Shown here: in pieces, positions 48,346 to 61,630 of the stretch
Layout of the letters: every line of letters starts with the position of its first letter
Numbering within the stretch: position 1 is the stretch's first letter
Source: Utricularia gibba
Taxonomy: Eukaryota > Plantae > Magnoliophyta
Assembly (NCBI GenBank): GCA_002189035.1
Contig: NEEC01000024.1
Span: 620,001 to 684,000 of the forward strand
Reading direction: 5' to 3'
DNA length: 64,000 bases
Made by a program: the position numbers and the translations under genes
The notes under the pieces: model-generated
What the model was told of the DNA's origin: nothing
The model's database searches: none
Seen by the model: the letters and a program-made list of their open reading frames with translations, nothing else

Positions 48346-50025
48346 TCAACCATCAGCTTCCACCGGTCCAGATCTGAATCCGCGACCCCCACCACCGCCA
48401 CGGGGACCTCTCCCGCGTCCACCCCCTGCGCCAAAAACAAACAAGACTTGACTTCCACCCGAAGATTACATCTGCGAAACTGAATCAAACAACGGGGGGT
48501 TTGTGGGTACCCCTGGGAACTTCTTCGTCGACGTAACCATCGGCATCGGCATCGGCATCGGCATCGGCATCGTGCTCGATTTCGACGAGAGGACCACTGT
48601 AACCACCCCTTTCGCGGCCATAGTAGTTACGAGCCCTGCCTCGTCCCCTCCCCCGACTGTATCCTCGATCCCTCTCGTAGCCACCCTCCTCATAATCCCC
48701 GGATGCAAAGCCATTCCCTGGAAGCGTGTAAAACACTAAACTTCCAACACCAAAATCGCAAGCAGCCACTGACTTCAAAAACTGAATATTCAGAAAAGCA
48801 AAAGAGTACGCGATGGGCCTCCTCTTAGTCTTGCCCTCCCCCTGCCCACGCGGCCTCTGTGAGCGGGAGGTGATCCCTCTGCAGAAGGGTTTTGCGTCAA
48901 TGGCGCTTCATCGGATTTTGTTTTAAAAAAAATACACGAGTTTAATGCAGATATAAAATCCAACCTCCATCGTATTCCATCCCTGCTGAAACCTTGACTT
49001 GATCCGCTGGTATGGGTGGCTGGTAACTACAGGATATCAAAAGCAATCACATTAAAGGCAGACCAACAATAAACCATAGCAAGCGAGACATGGGCAATGA
49101 GTGAAGATAGTCATTGGTCTCCATGCCGTGATGTTACAGCAGTCTGACAACCGGTGTGATGGCTACATACAGAAGTAATATTACTTACCCAATATTTGTC
49201 TTGTCCAACTCCTTCTTCGAGAGTATTATGGTAACCATAGACACTTTCCTTGTGGTTTCCAGACTGGAGATAAAAACACAAAAGGGGCGTCACAGATCGA
49301 GTCAGATAACGTAGAGTATAGCCACAGAAGGTTGATTAGATTGTAAAACAAGCAAAATTCTTACGTTTGGAGCCCTTCTTCTAGTGGTTCCCATGTGTCA
49401 GTTATATCGGTTGACTGAATTGTAGTGATCTGATGAAGGCCTACAATTCTCCTCTAAATGGGGCAAACAATAAATGAAATAAAATGACGAATCCAAAGAT
49501 GAAAATCCGTGTGGTAGGATTCTGAATGCAGTGTAACCTGGGAAATCAAACCTTGATTAACTCGACGATGGTAACAGTTTTGTTAATGGCGCTTCCCATC
49601 GCCTTGAAAACTACCTCATCAGTGTCCCTTTCCTTCGGTATGTGCCAATGGCATATCAGAGAAATGGAAGTGCAGGCCCAATAGTTGCACGAATGGAAAA
49701 CATGAAAGCTTATTTCTCTCAACAGCTGTAAACCCAACCAACGATTCTACCGAGAATTACCCACCCGCCCACACGCATGCAGCAGGCATACATCTCAATG
49801 AAGGTAACCGTATAAATAGTAGAAAGAGTTGGTTAAGGCAACCACGGCAAAAGAACACATATATCTATTGGGCAAGGTTGCACGAGAACAACTTAAAGTA
49901 ACCTGAAGAAGGGTCATCGCGTAAGTGATGTAACTTCTCATCTTTCCCTTGCTTGTAATCCGAATCTCATTCTCGTCAATTGGTGTTTCCACCTTGGCCT
50001 TCTCAACCTTCTGGTACCGATCCAT
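48346..50025 (-). CDS. ALBA: Alba-domain / Rpp25-like nucleic-acid-binding protein with RGG tail; exons 50025-49903, 49632-49552, 49453-49365, 49263-49189, 49026-48965, 48878-48810, 48717-48511, 48425-48346 (261 aa)
   Basis: MDRYQKVEK..ENEIRITSKG, KAMGSAINKTVTIVELIKRRIVGLHQ, DTWEPLEEGL and GYQPPIPADQVK. All seven GT-AG introns are phase-compatible, total 786 nt. Confidence 0.95.
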
Positions 50026-50354
50026 GCTCTGCGAGAGATCTAGAGGGGTAAATAGATTACAGAAGAAGAGAGCAGGAAAGAGAAAGCGATTCGAGTTTTG
50101 GGATTCCTAATCCAATCGCAAACACGAAGAGGAGATCCGAAAGGCGTCTGGGACCTGGTTGCTGCTGCGGATAAACGCTACGAAGAGATAGGAAAATTCG
50201 GCCCAGCCCTCTTCTCCGGCTACGTTTCTTCGTTACAGCCCTGACCACCTAATGCGCGCTCCGTGGGTATTTATGACCCGGCTTTCAACGTGTGCCCTAG
50301 ATTCGCCCGACCCGACCCGGAGATATTCCCCAATTAATTGATTTCTTGTTACAG

Positions 50355-50470
50355 TTGGGAGGCCCAAACGACATTTGGAATGAAATGGAAGGAGGCCCGG
50401 GCCCGCCTGTGTGAGCCAATAAGTGAGGACAGAGGAGGTTGTATTACATGGATTGACCCATGATGGGCCA
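50355..50470 (-). promoter_or_regulatory. Site II (GGCCCA/TGGGCC) cluster upstream of the Alba gene
   Basis: GGCCCA at 50361, GGCCCGGGCCC at ~50393 and TGGGCC at 50464. Confidence 0.5.
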
Positions 50471-51339
50471 AACTCGTTACTCTTACTTGTTTTTAATGGG
50501 TACGGGATAGGTCCATGGTGCATGGGTGCGGGTCCACTCGATAGGTTAACGATATTAAGTATGTAATACATTCCAACAATAAAGATTGTTTATTAATAAT
50601 ATAAAATTTTTAATAGTCCAATCGTTGAGCAAGCACAACCCAATTGAAGCCCAATTTGGTTGAGTATAAATACATGGTATGTGAATGATTGGATTGGTGT
50701 AGGATAAAGGATGCAATTATTTGTTGAAGACAATCTGCATAATGAGGGTGGAGGTGAAGGGAGCTCGACATCTAAACAAGAATAATGGTATTCAAAAAAC
50801 TTCAAAAAAGATACACAATACTCATTTCACCTCTTGGGCATCTTATGACTTCAACTCTATTTCGCATGGAGTGTAGTGTGTGTAATTGTAGATGGGCCAT
50901 GTAAAGATTCATTTACACTATGTCACATGATGAATGTAGTGTATGTAATTGTAGATGAAAAGTGCATGTTTGATGGTAATTCTGCAAGTATACAAAAATC
51001 GTCGAAATAATAAAATAGCATTGTATCTAAATAGAATTATTATTGAAATTTTCTTTTCAAATAAAGACTCAAAAAGAATGACAATAAATAAAAGATTTAG
51101 TTTTAAAAACAATAAGAAAAATGATCTTATATCTAAGATTCACCTTACTTAAAACTCATCCATATTGTGTATAAACCTTGAAAGCTAACTTGTTTGCGCA
51201 AATTTTGGGGGTGTTATTCTAAAATAGTGCTACTTAATAACCCGTGTTTTCCCCACACCCAAATTTAACCCCTACACCTCACATCTCGCAGAAAAATTAG
51301 ACATAATATGTCTTACCAATAATGTCCGATTGAACTCTT

Positions 51340-51510
51340 CTCCTTAATTTGGTGGGTCTTGATTTCTCCTCAAATTGAATTAAAAATGCCTTAAAAATCC
51401 ATAAAATACACTTTTTCTCCAAAAAGATCAAAGTAGTGTGAAAGATACAAAATCAATTGAAAATAATGAGAAATTGGAGTCTAAGATAAGTAAAAACAAT
51501 ATTCTAGAGT
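51340..51510 (-). repeat. Fragment of the Athila-like LTR family seen at 5945-6714
   Basis: The reverse complement aligns with ~6030-6160 (caattgattt..ctttcacactactttga..ggagaaaaagtgtatttt). Confidence 0.8.
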
Positions 51511-53659
51511 GATGGAAGAACATATTTTGAAATATCACAAAATCACTTATCAATGTTTCAAGAACGTCGCAAGGGTTTTAATAAATTAATATAATATTTA
51601 ATATATTACGTTCACATATCATGATTTTTGGAATTCAACAAGGGTAATATCATTAAAGAAGAAAAAATGGAAGTTGTATATACTATTTATAATGATATTG
51701 AAATTCAAACTAGTTAATTTTGATAACATAAAAGGTAAAATATGTAATTTTATAAGTTTGAGTGCAAACTATTTACAAAAAAGTAAGTTGAAGGTCTTGT
51801 AATCTAATTTTGAAATTGAATCATTAAATTTTTATATTGATTACAATTTTGGGTACCATCCACAAACTATACCCCCTTCTTTTTTATTTTTGATCCAATA
51901 TTTTTTAAAAACATAAACTATTTCAATATATTTTAAGTTTGCATTTAAAAAGCATATTAAATAATAATTAATTGAAAGCATAATTTAATTATATCTTCAT
52001 AATGAGGAGACGATATTTCCATATTTACAATGATCTTTGAGAGCTACAAGAAGCTTATGATACGGAAAAACAAGGACCTATAGTTGAAAAACATTGAATT
52101 GGGAATATTTTTGTAACACCAAAATGAGATCCTAGAAATAGACAAAAATCTGAAGTCGGAGAACGTTGAGTTGATGGAACTACAATTCAACTTGAAAGAT
52201 AAGAACTACGAATTGAGGAAACATGAAGCATATTTTGTAACACCAAATATCGTTTCCTCAACAAATTTTAATTTAGAAAAATGTAAAACACAATTAAATT
52301 ATAATACGAGTATTGATGTCAGCGAGTTGAGTTTTGCGAAAAGTATTTTGTAATAAACTTTTACAAATTGTCACGGATTTGTAAAAGGAGGTTTTTGAAA
52401 TCTTTTATTTGGATCTTCTAAGATGTGATTCAAATATTTTAGGATAAAATCTAAATTTTCTAAAATGAGATGTGAATATTATCTTATCCGAGAATCTTTG
52501 ACCGAGTTTTCATCTGGATACAACAAATCATTGCCTTCACCAAGGTCATCTAAAAAATCCTCCAAATTATGCCAAACTTATTTTAAAAAATCACAAATAC
52601 ACTTCACCTCCAAAAAAATTAAAGTAACATGAAAGTTATAAAATTTTTCTAAAATGATAAAGAAGTTAGAATAAAAGGGATGTAAAATCATCCTAAAAAA
52701 GCTATAAAAAGTAGAAATATAAATAATACAAAATTATTTTTCATGAAGTAAATGTAACAATTTAGTTGAATGAACTTCGTTGTAATTTTATTTTAATAAC
52801 TTATTAAAATATACTAATTTTATTTTTAGAATTTAACAAAAAAAATTAAAAAGAATAAGGATGAGTAGAATTTTCATACACTTACACATAATCAATAGTT
52901 TTTTTTAAGACAATTTTTTGTAATGATAGATTTTTAAGGTATCCAATAAAACATAAGTATGTTGATAGATATTAAATCGAAAAATTAACATAAATAATAT
53001 TGGTCAATAAATACATTATATTAATAATAATATACGTGGTTAGTCATAGCGCTTTGTGGATCACGCCATCGCTGATAGCACTACAAAAATACACGCCATC
53101 AAGGATGGCGCTTTAGAAGTGTGTGCTGCAGAACGCCATCAGTGATGATGCCTCGGAATTGGCACAACATGGCACCATAATGGATGACACCTTGCAGCAA
53201 GGCGCCATCTATAGTGGCACCTCGCTGCACCACTCCCATTCCTGATGATGTCTCGCTCGTCCTCTTATTACCTTCTTTTTATATATACTCTCATCATATT
53301 TCATATTTTACATGTTCAAAATTTTGATGAAAACATTTTGGTTACAAGGGTGAAATTGTTAAATTTTAATATAGTTTTTTTTTATATTTGTAAGTTTTGA
53401 CATTTAAATTTTTTGATTACAGGAGATCAATCAGGTTAGTTATTTAATTTTTATTTATTGTTTGATTAATAATTTTGTCTATTAATTTGTCATAGTTTTG
53501 ATTGCATATATGATATTTATAATTTTTTTTTTAATTTTTTTGTATATTGACGTAAGATGTTTTTATGAATAATATGTTTTTATTGACTAATATATTTAAT
53601 TTATTAATTTATTATACTATTCTTTATTAAATATGTAATGTTTTTTTTTTGTAGATTGA

Positions 53660-55560
53660 CATGTACTCACGTTTAAGAGTTCATAGTTCTGAGGATCCAA
53701 GCTTATTAAATATGCAGCAACAACACATTATTGATGGTCTATTATAGGAATCAAACCATAAAACGATGCAATTCAAACACAACTACAAATTCTTGGTAGG
53801 AAGATCTTGGAAGGAGAGGACTGCGAGATATCTCGATGATTAGGGTTTTTATGGGATTCCTAAGACATTACGAATGGAACAAGACCCGAATTTACCCACA
53901 GCTTTAGTAGAGAGATGGCATCCAAACACGCACACTTTCTTCTTACTGTGTGGAGAGGCCACGATCACTCTCAAAGATATTTTTATGCTGTGGGGTCTTC
54001 GTATTGATGGTATACCGATGGTTAGCACTTGCACAAAATGCACAACACAGCAATAGCGTGAACTATGTATCAAATAGTTTGGATGGGAGCCCGAGGAGAC
54101 CTTCATTGTTGGTGAATTACATTTCATTATGATTGGCCTTCAGACATACATTGATGATATATACATTGTTATCATAGCAAAGACCCCTGAGGAGGAAGTT
54201 GTACGTTTTGCTCATGCGGTTGTACTGTTAGTCTGTTGTGGAGTTTTTTTCTAGGATGCCACTGTTAACTGTGCCAAGTTGAGTGTCCTTGATTGGATGG
54301 CAGATCAAGATCGCTGGATGACTAGTAGTCGGGGATAGCTGTTCTGGCGAATTTGTATCACGAGCTTGATTTGTGTGCACTTAGGCACGTTACAATGGGT
54401 GGTGCCCATTGTCTTCTTTAGATTCCATTCCTTGCTTTCTCTAATAGTATTATATACGTTAAAATTTATCATATTATAATATTTTTTATACAGTTATGGG
54501 CATATACTTGGATCTCATCTCTACGTCTTACACTAAAGCGTCATTTCCCACACGATGTATATTGGGAGGGCGAGGGGTTTAAACCATCCATGTATGATTG
54601 GAGGTTCGAAGGTTGGCTCGACTACTCAAATGTGGTCTCTCACAAGTTAGAGTCAATCCGCGACACACTTGATTTGGTTTGCGGGGATGATGAGGTACGT
54701 TGTTATCATATAAATTTATTTTTCGTTGAACCGTGCATATTGTCATGATACATATTTCTTTGTTTTTTGGACAGTTTGAGTAAACTCCTTACGAGGATAT
54801 ACATTTACTGTATGTTCCAAAATGTGATCGCATACTTTGCCAGTATGCCGGTCCAATGAGATATGCATTTCAAGTGGAGCCCCCGTTGCCCTGATCGAGT
54901 TTCTCATCAGTTTGGATATGGCTGTGTTATTCCACTCCCTCCAAATCGATATCCTGCAGAACATAAGTTCATCAGAAACTCTTACAATACTGATTGGACG
55001 TTGGAGCATGCTGCACGTATACCTTTGTGGGCATCTAGACACACTCACATTCTCCAGATGCATGACATCACCATGGTGTCTGAGGCAGATACACACGCAT
55101 TGTTGTATCTTGGAAGAAGATGAGAGCAGGGTGATGGATATCGAGGTGGAGATGCAGAGCCGATAGCTTATGTGGTAAAGTAAAAACCTTTGTGCAAATA
55201 TAAGTTAGATCGTGTAAACTGATTTTTGATATCTTCTTTATTTTTAAGGTTGCACACCTAGAGAAATTTCGTGTCGGGATCAAGAAGCAATGTGGGCATA
55301 TAAGAGCCTTAGCTAGCAGCTTGGATGGAGCAAGTCACTCATGGCAGAACACTCACTGCTACCTAGTGATGATGATCCTGCACAAGTCCACATGGACCAA
55401 GCTTATGAGGATTTCAATGCAGAGTTGTTTCAGTAGTATGTGGTACCAACAAGTAGACCATCAACATGCGAGGCTCCTTCTTCCTATGTGCAACCACCAC
55501 TCTTAGCTATGACTCTGTCATATCCTTGGAGGCCTCCTTTCCCAGAGTTCATGATGCCTC
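53660..55560 (+). pseudogene. Plant Mobile Domain (MAIN-like, aminotransferase-like) remnant
   Basis: LPTALVERWHPNTHTFFLLCGEATITLKDIFMLWGLRIDG and HFKWSPRCPDRVSHQFG. Confidence 0.9.
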
Positions 55561-55859
55561 ATGCAGGATCAAGCTAGTCTAGTGCTGGTAGAGTACATGG
55601 GTATTGGAGATTCCCATTTTCACCACCATATAGTGGTTCACATGATGCGACCCATCTATTATCATCACCATAGTGTAGGCATGAGTAGATGTGTTTTTTC
55701 ATTATCGAATAAGCTACTTTTATGAAAGTAGTTTGAAAACAATCATAAATAAAATATCCAAAATAAATAACTCCAACTAGTAATTAATCAAAGTTGTTCA
55801 AATCAGAAAAAACTAAATTTATCAGACTATTATGTTGATGGTGGATTCACTCCCCAATT

Positions 55860-57978
55860 CATCTCGTTGTGTATTTTTGTGCGACATTGTCTATCAACAA
55901 TAGTCCGACGGCGTGTAGGATCATGATATAGGGTTCAGCCTGAGTAAGGGACATAGGTATTAGAATCAAGAGGGTTGAAAACCTCTTCACTGTACGTTTG
56001 TCGCAAAACATTCAATATATCGAGACTAATCATGAGATCGTCGACACTTACCTTCACTTTTCAGCAGCAGCAACAACATGAGAGCATGGAACACCATACT
56101 TAGTCTACTCTTTGCAACTACAAGCCTGATCACAAAGCATCACTCTATAGCGATAGCGTCTCCCTTTCCCACGACTGACGACTTTAATCTGAAATGACAT
56201 ATTCGCTGTCTCGAATTGATGCACCTTGCGTGTCTTAGCTCGTTCATGTGGTATGCCCCAAAAACTTTTTGCCTCATCTAAAATCTCTCGCGTACATGGA
56301 TAACAAGTGTTATACATAAAGTAAAATAGTAAAACATTAAAAATACTCAAAATTAAGTAACCTCAAACATAATACCTTATGGTTTTCTGTCATCAAGGTG
56401 ATCTCCTCTTTACACTTGTGGAGGATGGTAGCTGACTTATACAACGTAGTCTCAACAATTGTATCTGAGGAAAACCGACAACAAACCATGAAAACATTGT
56501 TCATGATCTCTGTTGCATTAGAAGTTAGATTCCCGTAGTGTCTGCCTGAATCATATGAGAGTGTCCATCTCTCATATGGACCATTTTCCAACTCAAAGAA
56601 CTATGCATAAGCCATCGGATTTTTCTTTTGAATTCTTTCGAGGTACATCATCATCTTTATTGGATCACAGGTCGCTCCGGCGTTGTAAGCCATTTGCTTA
56701 AGTATTTTGCTTTCAAACTTCTTGTTGAAGTTGGAAACATAATGACGCAAACACCAAAAGTGGCCCAGATGGCCTTCTTGAAACCCAGCGTAATTCCTCA
56801 CAGCTCCAAGCATGCCTACAGCTCTATTCAAAATTATGCTACCCTGGCCTCAACAAAAAAAATGTTCATTTAGCAAATCAATAAACCAAAGATATGCATC
56901 TCTACTCTCCTCACGATGAATGCATAAGCTAACGGTAGGATGTGACCACCTCGATCCTTGGTAGTGGCCACAAGCAACTTGTGGTCATAACGTCCATATA
57001 AAAAGGTGGCATCGATCATAACAACAGACCTGCAAAACTTGAATGCTCGAATAAAGGGACCATAGGCTCAAAAAAACATAGTGCATGATTTTATGATCCT
57101 CTTTTGCAATAGTGGGAAAGCAGTCCCATGAGACCACTGTACCTAGATTGATTTGCACGATTGCCACAAATAATGCAGATAGCTTTTGCACCAATGATTC
57201 TCATGTTCCATAGACCAACACAAAAACAAGTTGACCACCGTACCATGCACGTTCATAAGTAATCTTCTTTTGATATTTTTCAAAAATACATTTTCGAGCA
57301 TCTGCAACCTTAATCTTTACAACAAAGAAATGTTATTAAAAATATAAACTATGTAAAAAATTTTAAAAAATATTTCAATTATACCTACTTCTCTATGTGC
57401 GTTATGCATAATTTCATATCCAATGAATAAACCAGAAAAGTTGTGATGTTGTGCTCCATCCATATATGCCATGCCATACAAGTATGTGGAAAATCACAGA
57501 TCGATACTTGTCAAACTCTATCACGTGTAGATTGCATAATCCTTATGCACCAATAACACTTAGGATCCATGTTAGTACAAGCACATTTTCCCTCCCAGAA
57601 TGATGTGGGCTGACTAACCGGAATGATAAATTCATATCCTCGTTTTATATGATAATAGGCAACACAATATTAGGAATGAACTTTAGTAGCAAATGCAATT
57701 CCCTTATTCAACACATGAACATTCTCATCATATCGCCTATAATTGCCACCATATTTAAATTCATCGGATACGAAAGTGTTTACCGGATTGTTTTGGATAG
57801 GGGGTATTCCTTCCTCACGAAACACCCCAAAGAATCGTCGAGAGCGAGATCCAGACAATTGTACTGCACGAGATGTATGCGAACTTTCACCCTCATTGTA
57901 GGGCAAATTGGATGACATTCCCAAAAAATCAAAAAAAAAATTCATAGTATATTTATCCATTTTGAAATGGTAAAACAA
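55860..57978 (-). pseudogene. MuDR-type transposase remnant
   Basis: MIDATFLYGRY..LLVATTKD..ILPLAYA, HFWCLRHYVSNF, WTLSYDSGRHYGNLTSNATE and SWIM-like CSC. Confidence 0.92.
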
Positions 57979-58949
57979 ATATATGTAATCAATTATTGTA
58001 TAATTATTACAAGATATAAAAAATTTAAATAAATAAAATTACAAAGTGAAAAACGATATTACCAAAATTTTCTTCAACTCCGATTCTACTCAACTTTGAA
58101 GATGAATGAAAAAATTTGTGGAAATATGACATATATATAGAAGGAGAAGTATAGACTTAATAGATATAAAGCACAATCATGTATGACATGGTATCTAAAA
58201 CGCCATCATTGCATACACCAAAGCGTCACTACTAATGGTGCATAATATTATTAATATAATATTTTTACTGACGAATATTATTTATATTGATTTTTCGATA
58301 TTGAATCACCATTGGTTTTGCTACTTTCTCAACAACTTCACAAATGTGGGTGTTCAGATGACAAGGGCCACTTCTTTCTCCATTTATTTCTCAATGGTTG
58401 TTGGATGAATTTATTTCCTAATTTCAGATGCAACACATGGGTATATTGACAGACATACAGACATAGAACAAGATGCTATCCATCAACCCACAAATTCATC
58501 CACCCCCCCATCAACTACTGCCCAAGAACTTCTTCTTGGGCGTGGGAGCATTTTTCAGATAAGGCGATGGAAGTTTGAGCAGTTTGTAATTGTTGCGTAA
58601 AAGGAAGGGAAAAAACATAGCATATGAACACATGACCTTTCATTTGCAAAATCAATGCAAAAGGTATCCGATCAACTCATCCATAACATAAGATCACTAA
58701 TTCTTTTTCAAAATTACTGTGGGGATTAATTGACGAAAAATGGTTATTTTGGATGAGGTTACTTTTAAAATGATTTAAGGTTTGGGGTTTAGAAATTTTA
58801 TAAATGGAGCCCAGGTTTGAGATTCCTTCCAAGCGAAATAATAAACTGAAAAAGATAATTAAATCTTAAAATGTTTGTCTTACTAATGACACTTAAACCT
58901 CAATTCTTAGGGTAAACTACATGTTTGTTACAGCTTATTCGATTGGAAA

Positions 58950-59800
58950 AGATTTTAAATCGGAATAAGCAAACTGCTTCCTATTACAGTGGACAATGCA
59001 AGTGTGTGTGTGTGCTGGTGCCATTAGTTATTTGAAAGGTTGGAACACAGCAATACAATAATGGGTCAACTCATGGGTAAATAACGTGTGGTGTTCTGTT
59101 GGCCACATATATTAAGCCATGTGGTAACGAATGGTTTAAAGTATTCAATTCTGAAAATAAGGAATGGTGTGCAATACGTGCCAATATCTACAGCCTTTAA
59201 AGATGCTACAGCGAAAGGTAAATTTGAGAGCACAGAGTTTTGTATGTAAACTAGGGGGAGTTCTACCTATTTAATGTAAGAGGCCATGTTGATATCTAAA
59301 AAAGCTTTTGAAAATATTTTTATATGTGTTGATCTGAAAATGATGAAAATGAAAATATTGAGAATCGCTTTTTTACAACAAGTGGAAGAAATTGGAAATA
59401 ATATGAGAAGAATCCAAGAACAAAGATGTTAGTCAGAGGATTAGATAGTTTCTAGACATTTTGTAAAGTTTTTGCAACTCTTTTATAATGTTGCCATCAG
59501 GTTTTCCGGTTTGTTGAGTGTCACTGCAAATATATTATATTATTTCTAGAAAATAGAGCCACTTGAACAAGATGCAAACTTGGGTCTTGTAGCACTGAAA
59601 ATGCAAGACATGTGTTACCAAGTTTTGGAGAAATGTAGATAAGATGTTGTTGTTGAAGTTTGTGAGATTCTATTTTGATCAACTCCATGAGGGAGGATGA
59701 TATGAAGTGTAAAGATAAAAATTACTTGTGTGTATGAGAGTGGTTTCATCAATGCAAGTTTCTATCCCAAGCTCATCACAAACAGTGAGATTCTCTGTGC
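58950..59800 (+). mobile_element. Degenerate hAT transposase remnant
   Basis: LLPITVDNAS, KIRNGVQYV and TRGSSTYLM (TRWNSTYLM-like). Confidence 0.75.
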
Positions 59801-60461
59801 TGGATTTTCTTTAGCTTCACAATTTGCAAAGAAACCTGAGGAAAATCAAGTAAGTTGTCATGAATCAAGTTATGTGTTAAGGTACGTTCTGGGATGGTGA
59901 AACATAATTCTACTTGGCGATGAATGCCGACTTGTACAATATCCTGAGATGAGATGGTTGAGGCACAAGCACATTGGCTGACCATTGATTTTTCAGAGTA
60001 CATGAAGAACTAATAAATGGTACTTATGTTCTCATTACAATGCCCTGGAAGGATAACTCAAAACACATGCTCTTATTGTTGTTTTCTAATGAACCGTATA
60101 ATTAGCATGTAAACGTCTACCGTTGGTGTTTGGTCTTTGGAAGACATGCTACCAACTTGTGTTTCTTCTTTTTAGTATTGATAATTGTATTTATTTTATA
60201 ATATATATTTTTATTGAAATAATGAGTTTTTTTTGTAGAAAATAATTTTATTTAAACCACTCATCATGAATTGCAAATTCACCCATCCATTTCCAATAAA
60301 AATTTTCAATGGATGGGCGAAAAAAGGATACAAGAATCCCCTGGCCTGGCATGCTATTAGTAGTATTATACTTTCTGTTGCTCCTTATTTACTATAAATA
60401 ATAATTAATATTGGAGTCTGAGTGTCTGACCGGCACGCAACAGAGGAGAGGAGAGGAGAGG

Positions 60462-61549
60462 CTAGCGGAGTGATTCCGGCTTCAGGGTATTCCCAATGTC
60501 GATCACGAAGCGGTACTTGACGTCCGATTTCACCAGCCGCTCCATGGCCTTGTTCACGTACTCCACCGGGATCACCTCCACATCCGGGACAATATTGTGC
60601 TTTGCAGCGAAATCGATCATCTCCTGGGTCTCCCTGATCCCCCGATCATACTCCCCGCCACCGTCCGCCGCTGGGTGATGATAGGGAAAGCAGGGAGCTC
60701 CAGAGGCTTCTCCGGCGCGCCCACCAGGATCAGCTTCCCGTTCGGCTTCAGCAGGCTCAACAGCGGCACCAGAGGATGCTGTGCGGACACCGTGTCGATG
60801 ATTCCGTCCAGACTTCCGGCCGCAGATCCCATATCCTCTTCATCGCTGCTGATCAGAAAGGCGTCCGCGCCGAGGCCTTCGAGCGCCTCCTTTTTCTTGC
60901 TCGCGGTGGTGCTGATGACGGTGACTTTTGAACCGAAAGCCTTGGCGAATTTCACAGCGACGTGACCCAGCCCGCCGAGGCCTACCACGCCGATGTGGAG
61001 ACCTGGCTTGTCCAGCCCGTAGTATTTCAATGGGCTGTAGGTTGTAATTCCGGCGCATAACAGGGGAGCGCCTTTATCCTGAGGGAGGTTTTCCGGCCAG
61101 CGGATCACGAATTCCTCATCCACCACGAAGATGTTGGAGTAACCGCCCTGAGTGTGGGTGCCGTCCGGGCCGGCCGGCAAGGGATAACCGTAGGTAAAGA
61201 CAGCCCCAGAGCAGTAATTCTCGAGGCTTTCAGCGCAGAGGTTGCACTTCTTGCAGGAATTCACCATACAACCGACGCCGACTTTGTCTCCGATCTTGTA
61301 CTTAGTAACCTTAGATCCTACCTCGGTGACGACTCCGGCTAACTCGTGACCGGGAATCAAGGGGTAAATCGCATTGCCCCATTCGTTCTTGATGCTGTGC
61401 AGATCCGAGTGACAGATCCCACAGTAGAGAATCTTGAACTGAACGTCGCGTTCCCCGGTAGGCCTCCGGGTGAAGTGTAAAGGCGAGAGGATGCCGCTGG
61501 TGTCTCTGGCTGCCCAACCGATGGCCTTCACGTGTCCCTGTTCCGCCAT
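60462..61549 (-). CDS. CAD: Intronless class II cinnamyl-alcohol/mannitol dehydrogenase-like MDR (362 aa after restoring one base at 60639-60643)
   Basis: CGICHSD, GHE, structural-Zn cysteines, LLCAGIT and GLGGLG. The C-terminus [31 protein letters not shown] continues in the shifted frame to TAG at 60462-60464. Confidence 0.95.
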
Positions 61550-61630
61550 TGTCTTAATTCCGAGATCCGATCTGCAAATCCGGCAGGCACTCGAGATTTG
61601 CGTGGGTAAGGGAAGGGGAGGCGCAGTATC

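Larger units (their letters stand above)
52940..58330. mobile_element. MULE/MuDR element carrying a convergent Plant Mobile Domain gene
   Basis: Degenerate TIRs (~52975-53060 vs ~58225-58305) enclose PMD (+) and transposase (-) remnants. No TSD was identified. Confidence 0.85.

Noticed and set aside
50866-50957. Two ~29-nt direct repeats as a CRISPR-like or functional array
   Set aside because: Only two copies in eukaryotic intergenic DNA; an ordinary local duplication.
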